A DNA stretch of 64,000 nt from a virus. Every line of letters begins with the position of its first letter. The stretch's first letter is position 1. The translations under genes and the position numbers were made by a program. The stretch lies in the IMG/VR virus record IMGVR_UViG_3300045125_000089, positions 5,499-69,498 of that record; one strand, written 5' to 3'. Shown piece by piece: positions 44,648-57,211 of the stretch. The notes below the pieces were generated by a model that ran no database searches, had not been told where the DNA came from, and saw only the letters and a program-made list of their open reading frames with translations.

Positions 44648-47600
44648 TTATATTTCTACTATTAGTTTTGGTATATCTTTACGTTCCGCCTGTACTAGAT
44701 AATAACAATATATATTACCATCATCGTTATTGTTGCTGATATAGATATATTCTGAGCTTGTGCTTGTTACAAACAAGTTTTGATAACTACCTATTGGTGT
44801 CAACTGAACTGTAATAGTATTTTCATCAACTAGATTTTTCCAATAATCTGGTAATGCTATTAGTGAACTATTGGATATACCACGTACAAATACACCGTGT
44901 TCTGGACCTTCAAGCACACCATATTGTAGTTTCCTATTTTCCAACGTTGGATGGTCAATAAGGAATGACTTGGCGGTTGCGGTTAACAATCCATTTATGG
45001 CAACTGCGCCGGTAATAAATGTAGAACCAGTAATAAATGCAGAACCAGTGACATTAAATGAACCAGATATTATAGTATTTCCAAGTATATCAAATGGTCC
45101 ATTAGCTGTAGTTTGTTTACTCCGATGCTTGTACCAGATTGATACATCACACTGTTCTCTAATCCAGTGCCTGCTCCATTTACTTTTGGTATATAATGCG
45201 GAGATGCACCGGCAACAGATGCGCCGCTGGTTCCACTAGAACCGCTCGTTCCGCTTATTCCATTTGTACCAGTGCTTCCACTTTGTCCGCTGGAACCTTG
45301 TGTGCCACTTGTACCAGATGTTCCACTACTACCAGATGAACCAGACGTTCCACTAGTACCAGATGTTCCTCTGCTACCAGATGAACCACTTGTTCCACTT
45401 GTACCGGAAGAACCCGATGAACCACCAGACCCTCCGATTCCGCTTATACCAGAAGAGCCACTACTACCAGATGAACCGCTGGTTCCGCTTGTACCAGATG
45501 AACCAGATGTTCCGCTTGTACCTGAAGTTCCACTGCTGCCGGATGTACCACTGGTTCCGCTTGTACCAGATGAACCTGATGAACCAGTTGCTCCACTTAT
45601 TCCAGAAGAGCCACTACTACCAGACGTGCCACTGGTTCCACTTGTACCAGACGAACCAGATGTTCCGCTTGTACCTGAAGTTCCACTGCTGCCGGATGTA
45701 CCACTGGTTCCGCTTGTACCAGATGAACCTGATGAACCACCAGACCCTCCGATTCCGCTTATACCAGAAGAGCCACTACTACCAGATGTGCCACTGGTTC
45801 CACTTGTACCAGACGAACCAGATGTTCCGCTTGTACCTGAAGTTCCACTGCTACCGGATGTACCACTGGTTCCGCTTGTACCAGATGAACCTGATGAACC
45901 AGTTGCTCCACTTATTCCAGAAGAGCCACTACTACCAGACGTGCCACTGGTTCCACTTGTACCAGATGAACCGGATGCGCCACTAGTACCAGATGTTCCT
46001 CTGCTACCAGATGAACCACTTGTTCCACTTGTACCGGAAGAACCCGATGAACCACCAGACCCTCCGATTCCGCTTATACCAGAAGAGCCACTACTACCAG
46101 ACGTACCACTGGTTCCACTTGTACCAGATGAACCGGATGTTCCGCTTGTACCTGAAGTTCCACTGCTGCCGGATGTACCACTTGTTCCACTTGTACCAGA
46201 AGAACCCGATGAACCACCAGACCCTCCGATTCCGCTTATACCAGAAGAGCCACTACTACCAGATGTGCCACTGGTTCCACTTGTACCAGACGAACCAGAT
46301 GTTCCGCTTGTACCTGAAGTTCCACTGCTACCGGATGTACCACTTGTTCCACTTGTACCAGAAGAACCCGATGAACCACCAGACCCTCCGATTCCGCTTA
46401 TGCCAGAAGAACCACTACTACCAGACGTACCACTGGTTCCACTTGTACCAGAAGAACCAGATGTTCCGCTTGTACCTGAAGTTCCACTGCTGCCAGATGT
46501 ACCACTAGTTCCACTTGTACCAGAAGAACCCGATGAACCAGTTGCTCCGCTTATGCCAGAAGAACCACTACTACCAGACGTACCACTGGTTCCACTTGTA
46601 CCAGAAGAACCAGATGTTCCGCTTGTACCTGAAGTTCCACTGCTGCCGGATGTACCACTGGTTCCGCTTGTACCAGATGAACCTGATGAACCAGTTGCTC
46701 CACTTATTCCAGAAGAGCCACTACTACCAGACGTGCCACTGGTTCCACTTGTACCAGATGAACCGGATGCGCCACTAGTACCAGATGTTCCTCTGCTACC
46801 AGATGAACCACTTGTTCCACTTGTACCGGAAGAACCCGATGAACCACCAGACCCTCCGATTCCGCTTATACCAGAAGAGCCACTACTACCAGATGTGCCA
46901 CTGGTTCCACTTGTACCGGATGAACCAGATGTTCCGCTTGTACCTGAAGTTCCACTGCTGCCAGATGTACCACTTGTTCCACTTGTACCAGAAGAACCCG
47001 ATGAACCACCAGACCCTCCGATTCCGCTTATGCCAGAAGAACCACTACTACCAGACGTACCACTAGTTCCACTTGTACCAGAAGAACCCGATGAACCAGT
47101 TGCTCCGCTTATGCCAGAAGAACCACTACTACCAGACGTACCACTGGTTCCACTTGTACCAGAAGAACCAGATGTTCCGCTTGTACCTGAAGTTCCACTG
47201 CTGCCGGATGTACCACTGGTTCCGCTTGTACCAGATGAACCTGATGAACCACCAGACCCTCCGATTCCGCTTATACCAGAAGAGCCACTACTACCAGATG
47301 TGCCACTGGTTCCACTTGTACCAGACGAACCAGATGTTCCGCTTGTACCTGAAGTTCCACTGCTACCGGATGTACCACTGGTTCCGCTTGTACCAGATGA
47401 ACCTGATGAACCAGTTGCTCCACTTATTCCAGAAGAGCCACTACTACCAGACGTGCCACTGGTTCCACTTGTACCAGATGAACCGGATGCGCCACTAGTA
47501 CCAGATGTTCCTCTGCTACCAGATGAACCACTTGTTCCACTTGTACCGGAAGAACCCGATGAACCACCAGACCCTCCGATTCCGCTTATACCAGAAGAGC

Positions 47601-50600
47601 CACCACTACCAGATGTGCCACTGGTTCCACTTGTACCAGATGAACCAGATGTTCCGCTTGTACCTGAAGTTCCACTGCTGCCGGATGTACCACCGGTTCC
47701 GCTTGTACCAGAAGAACCCGATGAACCACCAGACCCTCCGATTCCGCTTATACCAGAAGAGCCACTACTACCAGACGTACCACTGGTTCCACTTGTACCA
47801 GAAGAACCAGATGTTCCGCTTGTACCTGAAGTTCCACTGCTGCCAGATGTACCACTAGTTCCACTTGTACCAGAAGAACCCGATGAACCAGTTGCTCCGC
47901 TTATGCCAGAAGAACCACTACTACCAGACGTACCACTGGTTCCACTTGTACCAGAAGAACCAGATGTTCCGCTTGTACCTGAAGTTCCACTGCTGCCGGA
48001 TGTACCACTGGTTCCGCTTGTACCAGATGAACCTGATGACACCAGTTGCTCCACTTATTCCAGAAGAGCCACTACTACCAGACGTGCCACTGGTTCCACT
48101 TGTACCAGATGAACCGGATGCGCCACTAGTACCAGATGTTCCTCTGCTACCAGATGAACCACTTGTTCCACTTGTACCGGAAGAACCCGATGAACCACCA
48201 GACCCTCCGATTCCGCTTATACCAGAAGAGCCACTACTACCAGATGTGCCACTGGTTCCACTTGTACCGGATGAACCAGATGTTCCGCTTGTACCTGAAG
48301 TTCCACTGCTGCCAGATGTACCACTTGTTCCACTTGTACCAGAAGAACCCGATGAACCACCAGACCCTCCGATTCCGCTTATGCCAGAAGAACCACTACT
48401 ACCAGACGTACCACTAGTTCCACTTGTACCAGAAGAACCCGATGAACCAGTTGCTCCGCTTATGCCAGAAGAACCACTACTACCAGACGTACCACTGGTT
48501 CCACTTGTACCAGAAGAACCAGATGTTCCGCTTGTACCTGAAGTTCCACTGCTGCCGGATGTACCACTGGTTCCGCTTGTACCAGATGAACCTGATGAAC
48601 CACCAGACCCTCCGATTCCGCTTATACCAGAAGAGCCACTACTACCAGATGTGCCACTGGTTCCACTTGTACCAGACGAACCAGATGTTCCGCTTGTACC
48701 TGAAGTTCCACTGCTACCGGATGTACCACTGGTTCCGCTTGTACCAGATGAACCTGATGAACCAGTTGCTCCACTTATTCCAGAAGAGCCACTACTACCA
48801 GACGTGCCACTGGTTCCACTTGTACCAGATGAACCGGATGCGCCACTAGTACCAGATGTTCCTCTGCTACCAGATGAACCACTTGTTCCACTTGTACCGG
48901 AAGAACCCGATGAACCACCAGACCCTCCGATTCCGCTTATACCAGAAGAGCCACCACTACCAGATGTGCCACTGGTTCCACTTGTACCAGATGAACCAGA
49001 TGTTCCGCTTGTACCTGAAGTTCCACTGCTGCCGGATGTACCACCGGTTCCGCTTGTACCAGAAGAACCCGATGAACCACCAGACCCTCCGATTCCGCTT
49101 ATACCAGAAGAGCCACTACTACCAGACGTACCACTGGTTCCACTTGTACCAGATGAACCAGATGTTCCGCTTGTACCTGAAGTTCCACTGCTGCCGGATG
49201 TACCACTTGTTCCACTTGTACCAGATGAACCTGATGAACCACCAGACCCTCCGATTCCGCTTATACCAGAAGAGCCACTACTACCAGATGTGCCACTGGT
49301 TCCACTTGTACCAGATGAACCAGATGTTCCGCTTGTACCTGAAGTTCCACTGCTGCCGGATGTACCACCGGTTCCGCTTGTACCAGATGAACCTGATGAA
49401 CCACCAGACCCTCCGATTCCGCTTATACCAGAAGAGCCACTACTACCAGATGTGCCACTGGTTCCACTTGTACCAGACGAACCAGATGTTCCGCTTGTAC
49501 CTGAAGTTCCACTGCTACCGGATGTACCACTGGTTCCACTTGTACCAGATGAACCGGATGCGCCACTAGTACCAGATGTTCCTCTGCTACCAGATGAACC
49601 ACTTGTTCCACTTGTACCGGAAGAACCCGATGAACCACCAGACCCTCCGATTCCGCTTATACCAGAAGAGCCACTACTACCAGACGTACCACTGGTTCCA
49701 CTTGTACCAGATGAACCAGATGTTCCGCTTGTACCTGAAATTCCACTGCTGCCGGATGTACCACTGGTTCCGCTTGTACCAGATGAACCTGATGAACCAG
49801 TTGCTCCACTTATTCCAGAAGAGCCACTACTACCAGACGTGCCACTGGTTCCACTTGTACCAGATGAACCAGATGAACCACCAGACCCTCCGATTCCGCT
49901 TATTCCTGACATTCCAGATGAACCAGAGGAACCACTTGTTCCACTAGAACCCCCAGACCCTCCTATTCCACTGATTCCACTTACTCCGGACGAACCAGAA
50001 GAGCCACTACTTCCGGATGCTCCACTTGTACCAGATGTTCCACTGCTACCAGATGTACCGCTGGTACCGCTGGTTCCGCTGGAACCTGATGAACCGCCTA
50101 TACCACTTACTCCAGAAGAACCAGAAGAACCACTGCTGCCACTTGTGCCAGATGAACCGGATGCACCGCTAGTACCAGATGTTCCACTGCTACCAGATGT
50201 ACCGCTGGTTCCGCTGGAACCTGATGAACCGCCTATACCACTTACTCCAGAAGAACCAGAAGAACCACTGCTGCCACTTGTGCCAGATGAACCGGATGCA
50301 CCGCTAGTACCAGATGTTCCACTGCTACCAGATGTACCGCTGGTTCCGCTGGAACCTGATGAACCGCCTATACCACTTACTCCAGAAGAACCAGAAGAAC
50401 CACTGCTGCCACTTGTGCCAGATGAACCGGATGCACCGCTAGTACCAGATGTTCCACTGCTGCCAGATGTACCGCTGGTTCCGCTGGAACCGTTGAACCT
50501 GATGAACCGCCTATACCACTTACTCCAGAAGAACCAGAAGAACCACTGCTGCCACTTGTGCCAGATGAACCGGATGCACCGCTAGTACCAGATGTTCCAC

Positions 50601-52436
50601 TGCTACCAGATGTACCGCTGGTTCCACTGGAACCGTTGGAACCTGATGAACCGCCTATACCACTTACTCCAGAAGAACCAGAAGAACCACTGCTGCCACT
50701 TGTGCCAGATGAACCGGATGCACCGCTAGTACCAGATGTTCCACTGCTGCCAGATGTACCGCTGGTTCCACTGGAACCGTTGGAACCTGATGAACCGCCT
50801 ATACCACTTACTCCAGAAGAACCAGAAGAACCACTGCTGCCACTTGTGCCAGATGAACCGGATGCACCGCTAGTACCAGATGTTCCACTGCTACCAGATG
50901 TACCGCTGGTTCCACTGGAACCGTTGGAACCTGATGAACCGCCTATACCACTTACTCCAGAAGAACCAGAAGAACCACTGCTGCCACTTGTGCCAGATGA
51001 ACCGGATGCACCGCTAGTACCAGATGTTCCACTGCTACCAGATGTACCGCTGGTTCCACTGGAACCGTTGGAACCTGATGAACCGCCTATACCACTTACT
51101 CCAGAAGAACCAGAAGAACCACTGCTGCCACTTGTGCCAGATGAACCGGATGCACCGCTAGTACCAGATGTTCCACTGCTACCAGATGTACCGCTGGTTC
51201 CACTGGAACCGTTGGAACCTGATGAACCGCCTATACCACTTACTCCAGAAGAACCAGAAGAACCACTGCTGCCACTTGTGCCAGATGAACCGGATGCACC
51301 GCTAGTACCAGATGTTCCACTGCTGCCAGATGTACCGCTGGTTCCACTGGAACCGTTGGAACCTGATGAACCGCCTATACCACTTACTCCAGAAGAACCA
51401 GAAGAACCACTGCTGCCACTTGTGCCAGATGAACCGCTTTCTCCAGACGTGCCGCTGCTGCCGGACGTGCCACTGGTTCCGCTTGAACCGTTGGAACCTG
51501 ATGAACCGCCTATACCACTTACTCCAGAAGAACCAGAAGAACCACTGCTGCCACTTGTGCCAGATGAACCGCTTTCTCCAGACGTGCCGCTGCTGCCGGA
51601 CGTGCCACTGGTTCCGCTTGAACCGTTGGTTCCACTAGAACCTGCTATTCCGCTTTCGCCAGAAGAACCAGAAGAACCACTGCTGCCACTTGTGCCAGAT
51701 GAACCGCTTTCTCCAGACGTGCCGCTGCTGCCGGACGTGCCACTGGTTCCGCTTGAACCGTTGGAACCTGATGAACCGCCTATACCACTTACTCCAGAAG
51801 AACCAGAAGAACCACTGCTGCCACTTGTGCCAGATGAACCGCTTTCTCCAGACGTGCCGCTGCTGCCGGACGTGCCACTGGTTCCGCTTGAACCGTTGGT
51901 TCCACTAGAACCTGCTATTCCGCTTTCGCCAGAAGAACCAGAAGAACCACTGCTGCCACTGTGCCAGATGAACCGCTTTCTCCAGACGTGCCGCTGCTGC
52001 CGGACGTGCCACTGGTTCCGCTTGAACCGTTGGTTCCACTAGAACCTGCTATTCCGCTTTCGCCAGAAGAACCAGAAGAACCACTGCTGCCACTTGTGCC
52101 AGATGAACCGCTTTCTCCAGACGTGCCGCTGCTGCCGGACGTGCCACTGGTTCCGCTTGAACCAGACGAACCACTCGAACCAGATGCACCAGACGAACCA
52201 CTCGCACCTTCCGCAAATAAAGCATACGAAGCAGTCAATGCCTGCAAAGAATATGAAGCTGTATATGCCCAGCTTGCGGTTGCGGCAAATGCTCCGCTTG
52301 GCAAACTTGAAGTTATTGCACCATATAAATCAGTTGTTGTCCACCAGCCAGAGCTGCTGTTGTATATAGGCACATAGTTATTTAACTTATCAGTTAATTT
52401 TACTTCTATGGATTCTCTGCCTATTAGTCTGGCCAT
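44648..52436 (-). CDS. Giant Ser-Gly-X repeat (collagen-like) fibre protein, about 2,600 aa
   Basis: N-terminus MARLIGRESIEVK..TASWAYTASYSLQALTASYA, then about 7 kb of SG[T/S/I/A] triplets, then C-terminal TATAKSFLIDHPT..LQYGVLEGPEHGVFVRG..LPDYW..VQLTPIG..AERKD, a typical fibre C-terminal domain. Only about 4 indels (near 45115, 48039, 50495 and 51960). Confidence 0.85.
45230..52230 (-). repeat. Hierarchical intragenic tandem repeat (9-nt base period; 135-nt, 144-nt and 1,351-nt higher-order units)
   Basis: gttccactgg recurs at 50621, 50765, 50909, 51053, 51197 and 51341 (144 nt). 135-nt units start at 50073, 50208, 50343 and 50478. Off-frame ORFs 46785/48136 and 47073/48424 have identical translations offset by 1,351 nt. 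Confidence 0.9.
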
Positions 52437-52455
52437 TGTATATAAAAGTTATTTT

Positions 52456-52812
52456 TTAGTTATTTGCGTTTTCTAATACAGATAATACAACTTGTAATGA
52501 ACCAGATTCTGCTGAAGTAACCACAAAACCATCATATCTTTCTAATACAATTTTTCCAGAAATAGGATTTAATGACTCATTTGGCGGCACAAGTGCTTCT
52601 CGTACAAGTGTTATAGCATCATTATTGCTAATAGAACCACTTTTTAATATTTTTACACTAGTAGCCTGCATGCTACTTGTAACGTTTGTAATTTGAGCAG
52701 AAAGCACAATAGAAGCAACATCAAGGTTTTCTCTATATATTATAGTACTTCCGCTGTCTAATGTAGTAGCAATAAGGCGGAACTTGTTTAGTGGTAATGT
52801 AGTTGTAGCCAT
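52456..52812 (-). CDS. Small virion/tail-fibre-associated protein
   Basis: Intact 118-aa ORF: MATTTLPLNKFRLIATTL..IVLSAQITN..LVPPNESLNPISGKIVLERYD..VVLSVLENAN. Confidence 0.65.
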   Translation of the reverse strand: MATTTLPLNKFRLIATTLDSGSTIIYRENLDVASIVLSAQITNVTSSMQATSVKILKSGSISNNDAITLVREALVPPNESLNPISGKIVLERYDGFVVTSAESGSLQVVLSVLENANN

Positions 52813-52832
52813 GGTTTATATAAATATATAGA

Positions 52833-54767
52833 CTATACCGATTCTAGTGCCAAATTTAACGGCACAACACGGGCAGCTATAGCTTTATTAAACGTTCTAC
52901 CTTCAATAGTTCCTGTTGCTTGTTTTATTACAAAATCTGCACCTGCAAAAAAATCACCAGTTTCATCGCCAGATGTATGATATACTCTACCACCAGCCTC
53001 TTCATATATACGTATATCAAAGTTTGTTTCGCCTATTCCGCCTTGATTAACAGGCAATCCAAGAAAATTGACCCCAGAGCCCGCATATGATAAATCGTGC
53101 GATGTAGATGTGATTAATGAGCCAAACTCTTGAAGATATTTTGGTTCAACATCTATTGCTACACTTCTTATAACATCTACTGCCAAATCAAGCATCTGAC
53201 CTATCTTATTTTTAGCATCAGTAGTCATTGAACCAAAAAGTGTATCTGGGTCATTTATAATATAATCTTTGATATATTTGTATGACGACGTATAATCTTG
53301 TGCCATATGTTTACTATCATTTACTCTAAATGCAGCTATGGCACCTTTTCTAAAATCAACAGATGCTGTAGGCAATGTATATCTTTTGTCATTTGATACA
53401 TCTTGTCCTTTAAACTGACCTTGTAAAAATGTACTTGTTCTGGCGGCTTTTGGTACAAGCAAGTCGGCGGCAAGTGCTTGAATAAGTAATCCACTATCTT
53501 TGATTGTGGATAAGTATGCAGAAGATGTTGATATAAGATATGATGAACTATACCAACCATATGTTTGCAATTCTGTCATCATATAGTTTTGTATAGATGC
53601 ACTGTTTGCCAAAAGCAAAGAAGATGCAGTAGAGTCTATAGAAGAACTAATGTTTGTAATATCAGGCACAATAAGTATTCTTGATCCAGAAGCACGCAAA
53701 CCATAATCACCAAATGTTGTATTTGAGTTAAGCAGTGAAGCGTGTCCACCGTCCATTGCAAATATGCCTACTCTGCTAAAGTTGGTAAAGAATGAAACTT
53801 GTTGTGCATATCCTCTACCACGCACACACAATCCAATACCATTGAATGCAACTTGTGTATATGCGTCTACAATCATGGAACGCAATGGACTATATCCATC
53901 AAGTACACTATCATCTACAATCATACCGCCTGGTCCATTTCCAACAAGATAATTTGGTGGACTTGAGTTTGGACTTAATGGCACATAAAACTTGCTGAAC
54001 GGTGTATTGATGCAAGAACAATTTTGTATGTATGGCGAAGTTGTAATAAATGCACCGGGTTGAAATGCAAAGAAAAATCCTTTGCGTGGATTTTCTAAAT
54101 CATCAATTTCTGCACCTTCAAGACGAAGATTATATGCATAACATCCGTTATTTACTAAAAATATGTTTTCGCCTTTGGTTCCTGATGTAGGACGAATAAC
54201 TGTAGTTCTTAAATCATTTCCAACAATAGAAGTCCAAGCAGGTAGAATAATTGGAGCTTCTTCTATATAATACCCACTATGTACACGTATTGTACTTCTC
54301 CACGGACTTGAACCTGTGCTATAAAGAGAAACTGAAGCAGATACTGCCAAAGATGCTTGTTTTATTGTTCTAAATGGAGTGTTTGGTGTTCTACCGTCAT
54401 TAGTATCACTGCCATTTTCTGCAACATAAAATGTTTTGTCTATTTCACCGACTCGCAATAATCCACTACCATCACCAGTAAAAGAACCGCTAAATGAGCC
54501 AGTTCTATAACTGGTTGAATTTATTATTGTCTTCCAATTGTTTGGATTATTCCAATCTGCACTGCTGCTAGTAGAACCATAATATGCATAATATTCTTGT
54601 GAGCCTGTAGCAAATACAATTGCACCAACATCTCTTTTATTTGTTGGAACAGAACCAGTATCAGATAGTTGTCCAATTGGAAATGCTACACCACGCAAAC
54701 TGGTTTGTGCCATCAACGGATTGTTTGGATTATTGTGCTGTAGAATGTCTGGAAAATTTAGTGGCAT
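52833..54767 (-). CDS. Tail fibre / structural protein with a beta-helix-like domain
   Basis: Intact 644-aa ORF: FYVAENGSDTNDGRTPNTPFRTIKQA..TIRVHSGYYIEEAPI..SIVGNDLRTTVIRP..TSPYIQNCS..RSMIVDAYTQ..GYAQQVSFFT..NSNTTFGDYGL. The C-terminal GGRVYHTSGDETGDF..ATGTI resembles T4-like cyanophage structural proteins. Confidence 0.75.
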   Translation of the reverse strand: MPLNFPDILQHNNPNNPLMAQTSLRGVAFPIGQLSDTGSVPTNKRDVGAIVFATGSQEYYAYYGSTSSSADWNNPNNWKTIINSTSYRTGSFSGSFTGDGSGLLRVGEIDKTFYVAENGSDTNDGRTPNTPFRTIKQASLAVSASVSLYSTGSSPWRSTIRVHSGYYIEEAPIILPAWTSIVGNDLRTTVIRPTSGTKGENIFLVNNGCYAYNLRLEGAEIDDLENPRKGFFFAFQPGAFITTSPYIQNCSCINTPFSKFYVPLSPNSSPPNYLVGNGPGGMIVDDSVLDGYSPLRSMIVDAYTQVAFNGIGLCVRGRGYAQQVSFFTNFSRVGIFAMDGGHASLLNSNTTFGDYGLRASGSRILIVPDITNISSSIDSTASSLLLANSASIQNYMMTELQTYGWYSSSYLISTSSAYLSTIKDSGLLIQALAADLLVPKAARTSTFLQGQFKGQDVSNDKRYTLPTASVDFRKGAIAAFRVNDSKHMAQDYTSSYKYIKDYIINDPDTLFGSMTTDAKNKIGQMLDLAVDVIRSVAIDVEPKYLQEFGSLITSTSHDLSYAGSGVNFLGLPVNQGGIGETNFDIRIYEEAGGRVYHTSGDETGDFFAGADFVIKQATGTIEGRTFNKAIAARVVPLNLALESV

Positions 54768-54771
54768 AAAC

Positions 54772-56468
54772 TTATGATATTGCTAATGTTGTTCCGCTTG
54801 AAAAAGCTTTATCTGAATTTGATTTATAAACACGAACAGACACAGATGCTCCGTATGAATTGTTTATGGTATAATCTCCAAGTTTTGTGAATGCAGTCAA
54901 TACAGGCAATGCTCCATTTTGTATGATTGTACTTAAATCACCATATGACGCAGGATATAGTATGTATGTATAATTTCCAAGTACGTCGTTTGCCGCACTA
55001 CAAGTTGCAGTCCATACTCTATTATCATCAAGCAATGAATCAACAACATCAGAATTTATTACAGATTGTGCTGTGGCGTTTGATGTTATATCTGTAGAAC
55101 TTGCTGCCAAATAATTTCTGAACCTAAATGAGACAGAAGTAGATGTTCCGGTAATAAACGTTCCTATATCTGAACGTTTTCCATTTACTGCAAACGTTAC
55201 TGTTCCACCAGAAGTTGCTCTGTTGATAGTATATGTGCTGCCAACAGAAAGAGTATTTGTTCCGGCAGGTAAACCGGCATCTCCAAAATAATAATTCAAT
55301 GTACCAACATCAGCTCCAGTTGAAGACCAGCTTGAACTTATTGGTCCAATTCCACCTAGGACTATCAACACCTACGCTAAATGATGCGGTATTTACTTGG
55401 AATGAATTATTAACATCTCTTGTTGCCGCTAGAAATTGTGGAACCAAACAAGCGCATGCTCAATGAAGACAATGTAGGCGGAGTGTATGCAATAAGCATT
55501 GTTCGTAAAATATCTTCAATTGTAGAACCAGAATCTATTGTTATTCCAGAAATAATTCCACCAACATTTTGATTTGGTGTAATTGATTGTTGTAATATTG
55601 TGGCAGAAGATGTGGATATAGACCCAGTTATATGGTCTAAGTACAGTAAGAGACCCAGTTATTACAGCACTGCCACTTACTGATATAGTAAGACCATTAT
55701 CGTATACAATACTTTGTACTAAAGATGTACCACCAGCCGATGCTTTTACTAAATAATTTTCACTTGCACCAATTGTCGGACTAGTGCCACTTGTACCACT
55801 TACACCGCTAGTTCCGCTGCTTCCGCTAGTTCCGCTACTTCCGCTGGTTCCACTCGTACCACTAGTGCCACTGGTACCCGAACTACCTCTTGCTCCACTG
55901 CTTCCGCTTGAACCACTATTTCCACTTGTTCCGCTACTGCCACTGGTTCCTCCAGTCCCACTCGTTCCAGAAGTACCACTAGTACCAGAACTTCCTTGCG
56001 TTCCACTGGTTCCACTACTTCCTGCCTGCCCACTTTGACCCGCTGGTTCCACTTGTTCCACTCGTACCACTAGTTCCAGAACTTCCTCGTGTTCCACTCG
56101 TACCACTAGTCCCAGATTGTCCGCTTGTACCACTCTGTCCACTTGTTCCACTGGTGCCACTCAGTACCGGAACTTCCACGAGTGCCACTGGTTCCACTTG
56201 TTCCCACTAGTTCCGGAACTACCATTGCTACCGGATGAACCATTGAACCCACTGCCTCCACCGCCAGAACCGTTTAATGCATACGACGCGGTTAATGCAT
56301 ATGATGCACTTATAACCGAAACACTGGGTGGCAAGATAGTAGACCCCGTAACTGTACCGTCGGAGCAGTTTGTAATATAAGATTGCTACCACTTACATAT
56401 ACTTCTTCAAAGTCAGACCCCGCAGCGTTGCGTTGCGTAAAATAAATAGCTTTTGGGTCAAGACTCAT
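54772..56468 (-). CDS. Tail fibre protein with a short SGX repeat (frameshifted)
   Basis: ATG at 56468 gives MSLDPKAIYFTQRNAAGSDFEEVYVSGS..ASYALTASYA, then an SGT repeat at about 55790-56250, then the C-terminal domain ending at 54772. Confidence 0.65.
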
Positions 56469-56522
56469 ACATTTTTATATAAATATCAAAATATTGCCAT
56501 TTTGTATGGAGTCTTATATATG

Positions 56523-57202
56523 TTAAGTCTTGACCGTTTCCAATGTATTAGCATCAACTTTTATATAAAAAAAGATCTTATCATATGTTTGGTCACCGGC
56601 AACTAGTAGCACCTTGTATCTGTTGGGGCATATTCCCAGTCCTGCTCTTGGTAGGTCCACAAAAGGTAAATTAGAAGTTAAATTCAGGTCATCTGGTGGC
56701 AATGGTCCATCTACAAACGTCCATGTTGTTACTGGCGTTCTATACCATTTTCCACCAATTTTAGCATAAAAATAGTTTGTATCATAGCTACGATTACCAT
56801 CCACACTCTTACTGTATCGTATGATGAAACTGGTGGAGGAAATAGCCAATTAAGTTTTCTATAAACGTTGCAATAGCAAACGCATCTTTATATGCATATA
56901 TTTGCCAACCAGTCTTTGGCATCAATTGTTCTAAATCATTATAAAATCCATCTGTTGTTTTTAGCCATATTTCGTGCGGTCTTTTTATATTCTATCAAGT
57001 TTTGTAAGCGGAGGAGGTGGTATGATTACTGTACGATATTCTAGCTTTTCCCAAAAACCACTTTCCAAATTTCCTTCGTGATTTACATAAAATTCTTTGC
57101 CTCTGCGATAAAAAAATGCACCTTTTTTGGCAGCTATAATGCCTTCTGGGTTTGTGTCCGTATAAACAAACTTTTATTAAAGTCGTCTAATCTGGCGGGC
57201 AT
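56523..57202 (-). CDS. Hypothetical protein (frameshifted)
   Basis: MPARLDDFNKKFVYTDTNPEGIIAAKKGAFFYRRGK.., joined to ORF 56523-56849. Confidence 0.5.
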
Positions 57203-57211
57203 ATGAAACTA

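Noticed and set aside
45363-49947. Repeated plus-strand ORFs such as MFLCYQMNHLFHLYRK..
   Set aside because: Off-frame translations of the same tandem repeat. They are useful only as markers of the 1,351-nt duplication.
45230-52230. Possible CRISPR array or satellite
   Set aside because: There is no constant repeat with unique spacers. The periodicity is a multiple of 3 and keeps a protein reading frame.
45272-52377. Very long plus-strand ORFs rich in Pro/Leu/Val/Asp/Glu (946, 906, 494 aa)
   Set aside because: They are antisense shadows of the SGX repeat: the reverse complement of Gly codons gives Pro every third residue with no stops. They have no unique termini, while the minus-strand frame has proper N- and C-terminal fibre domains.
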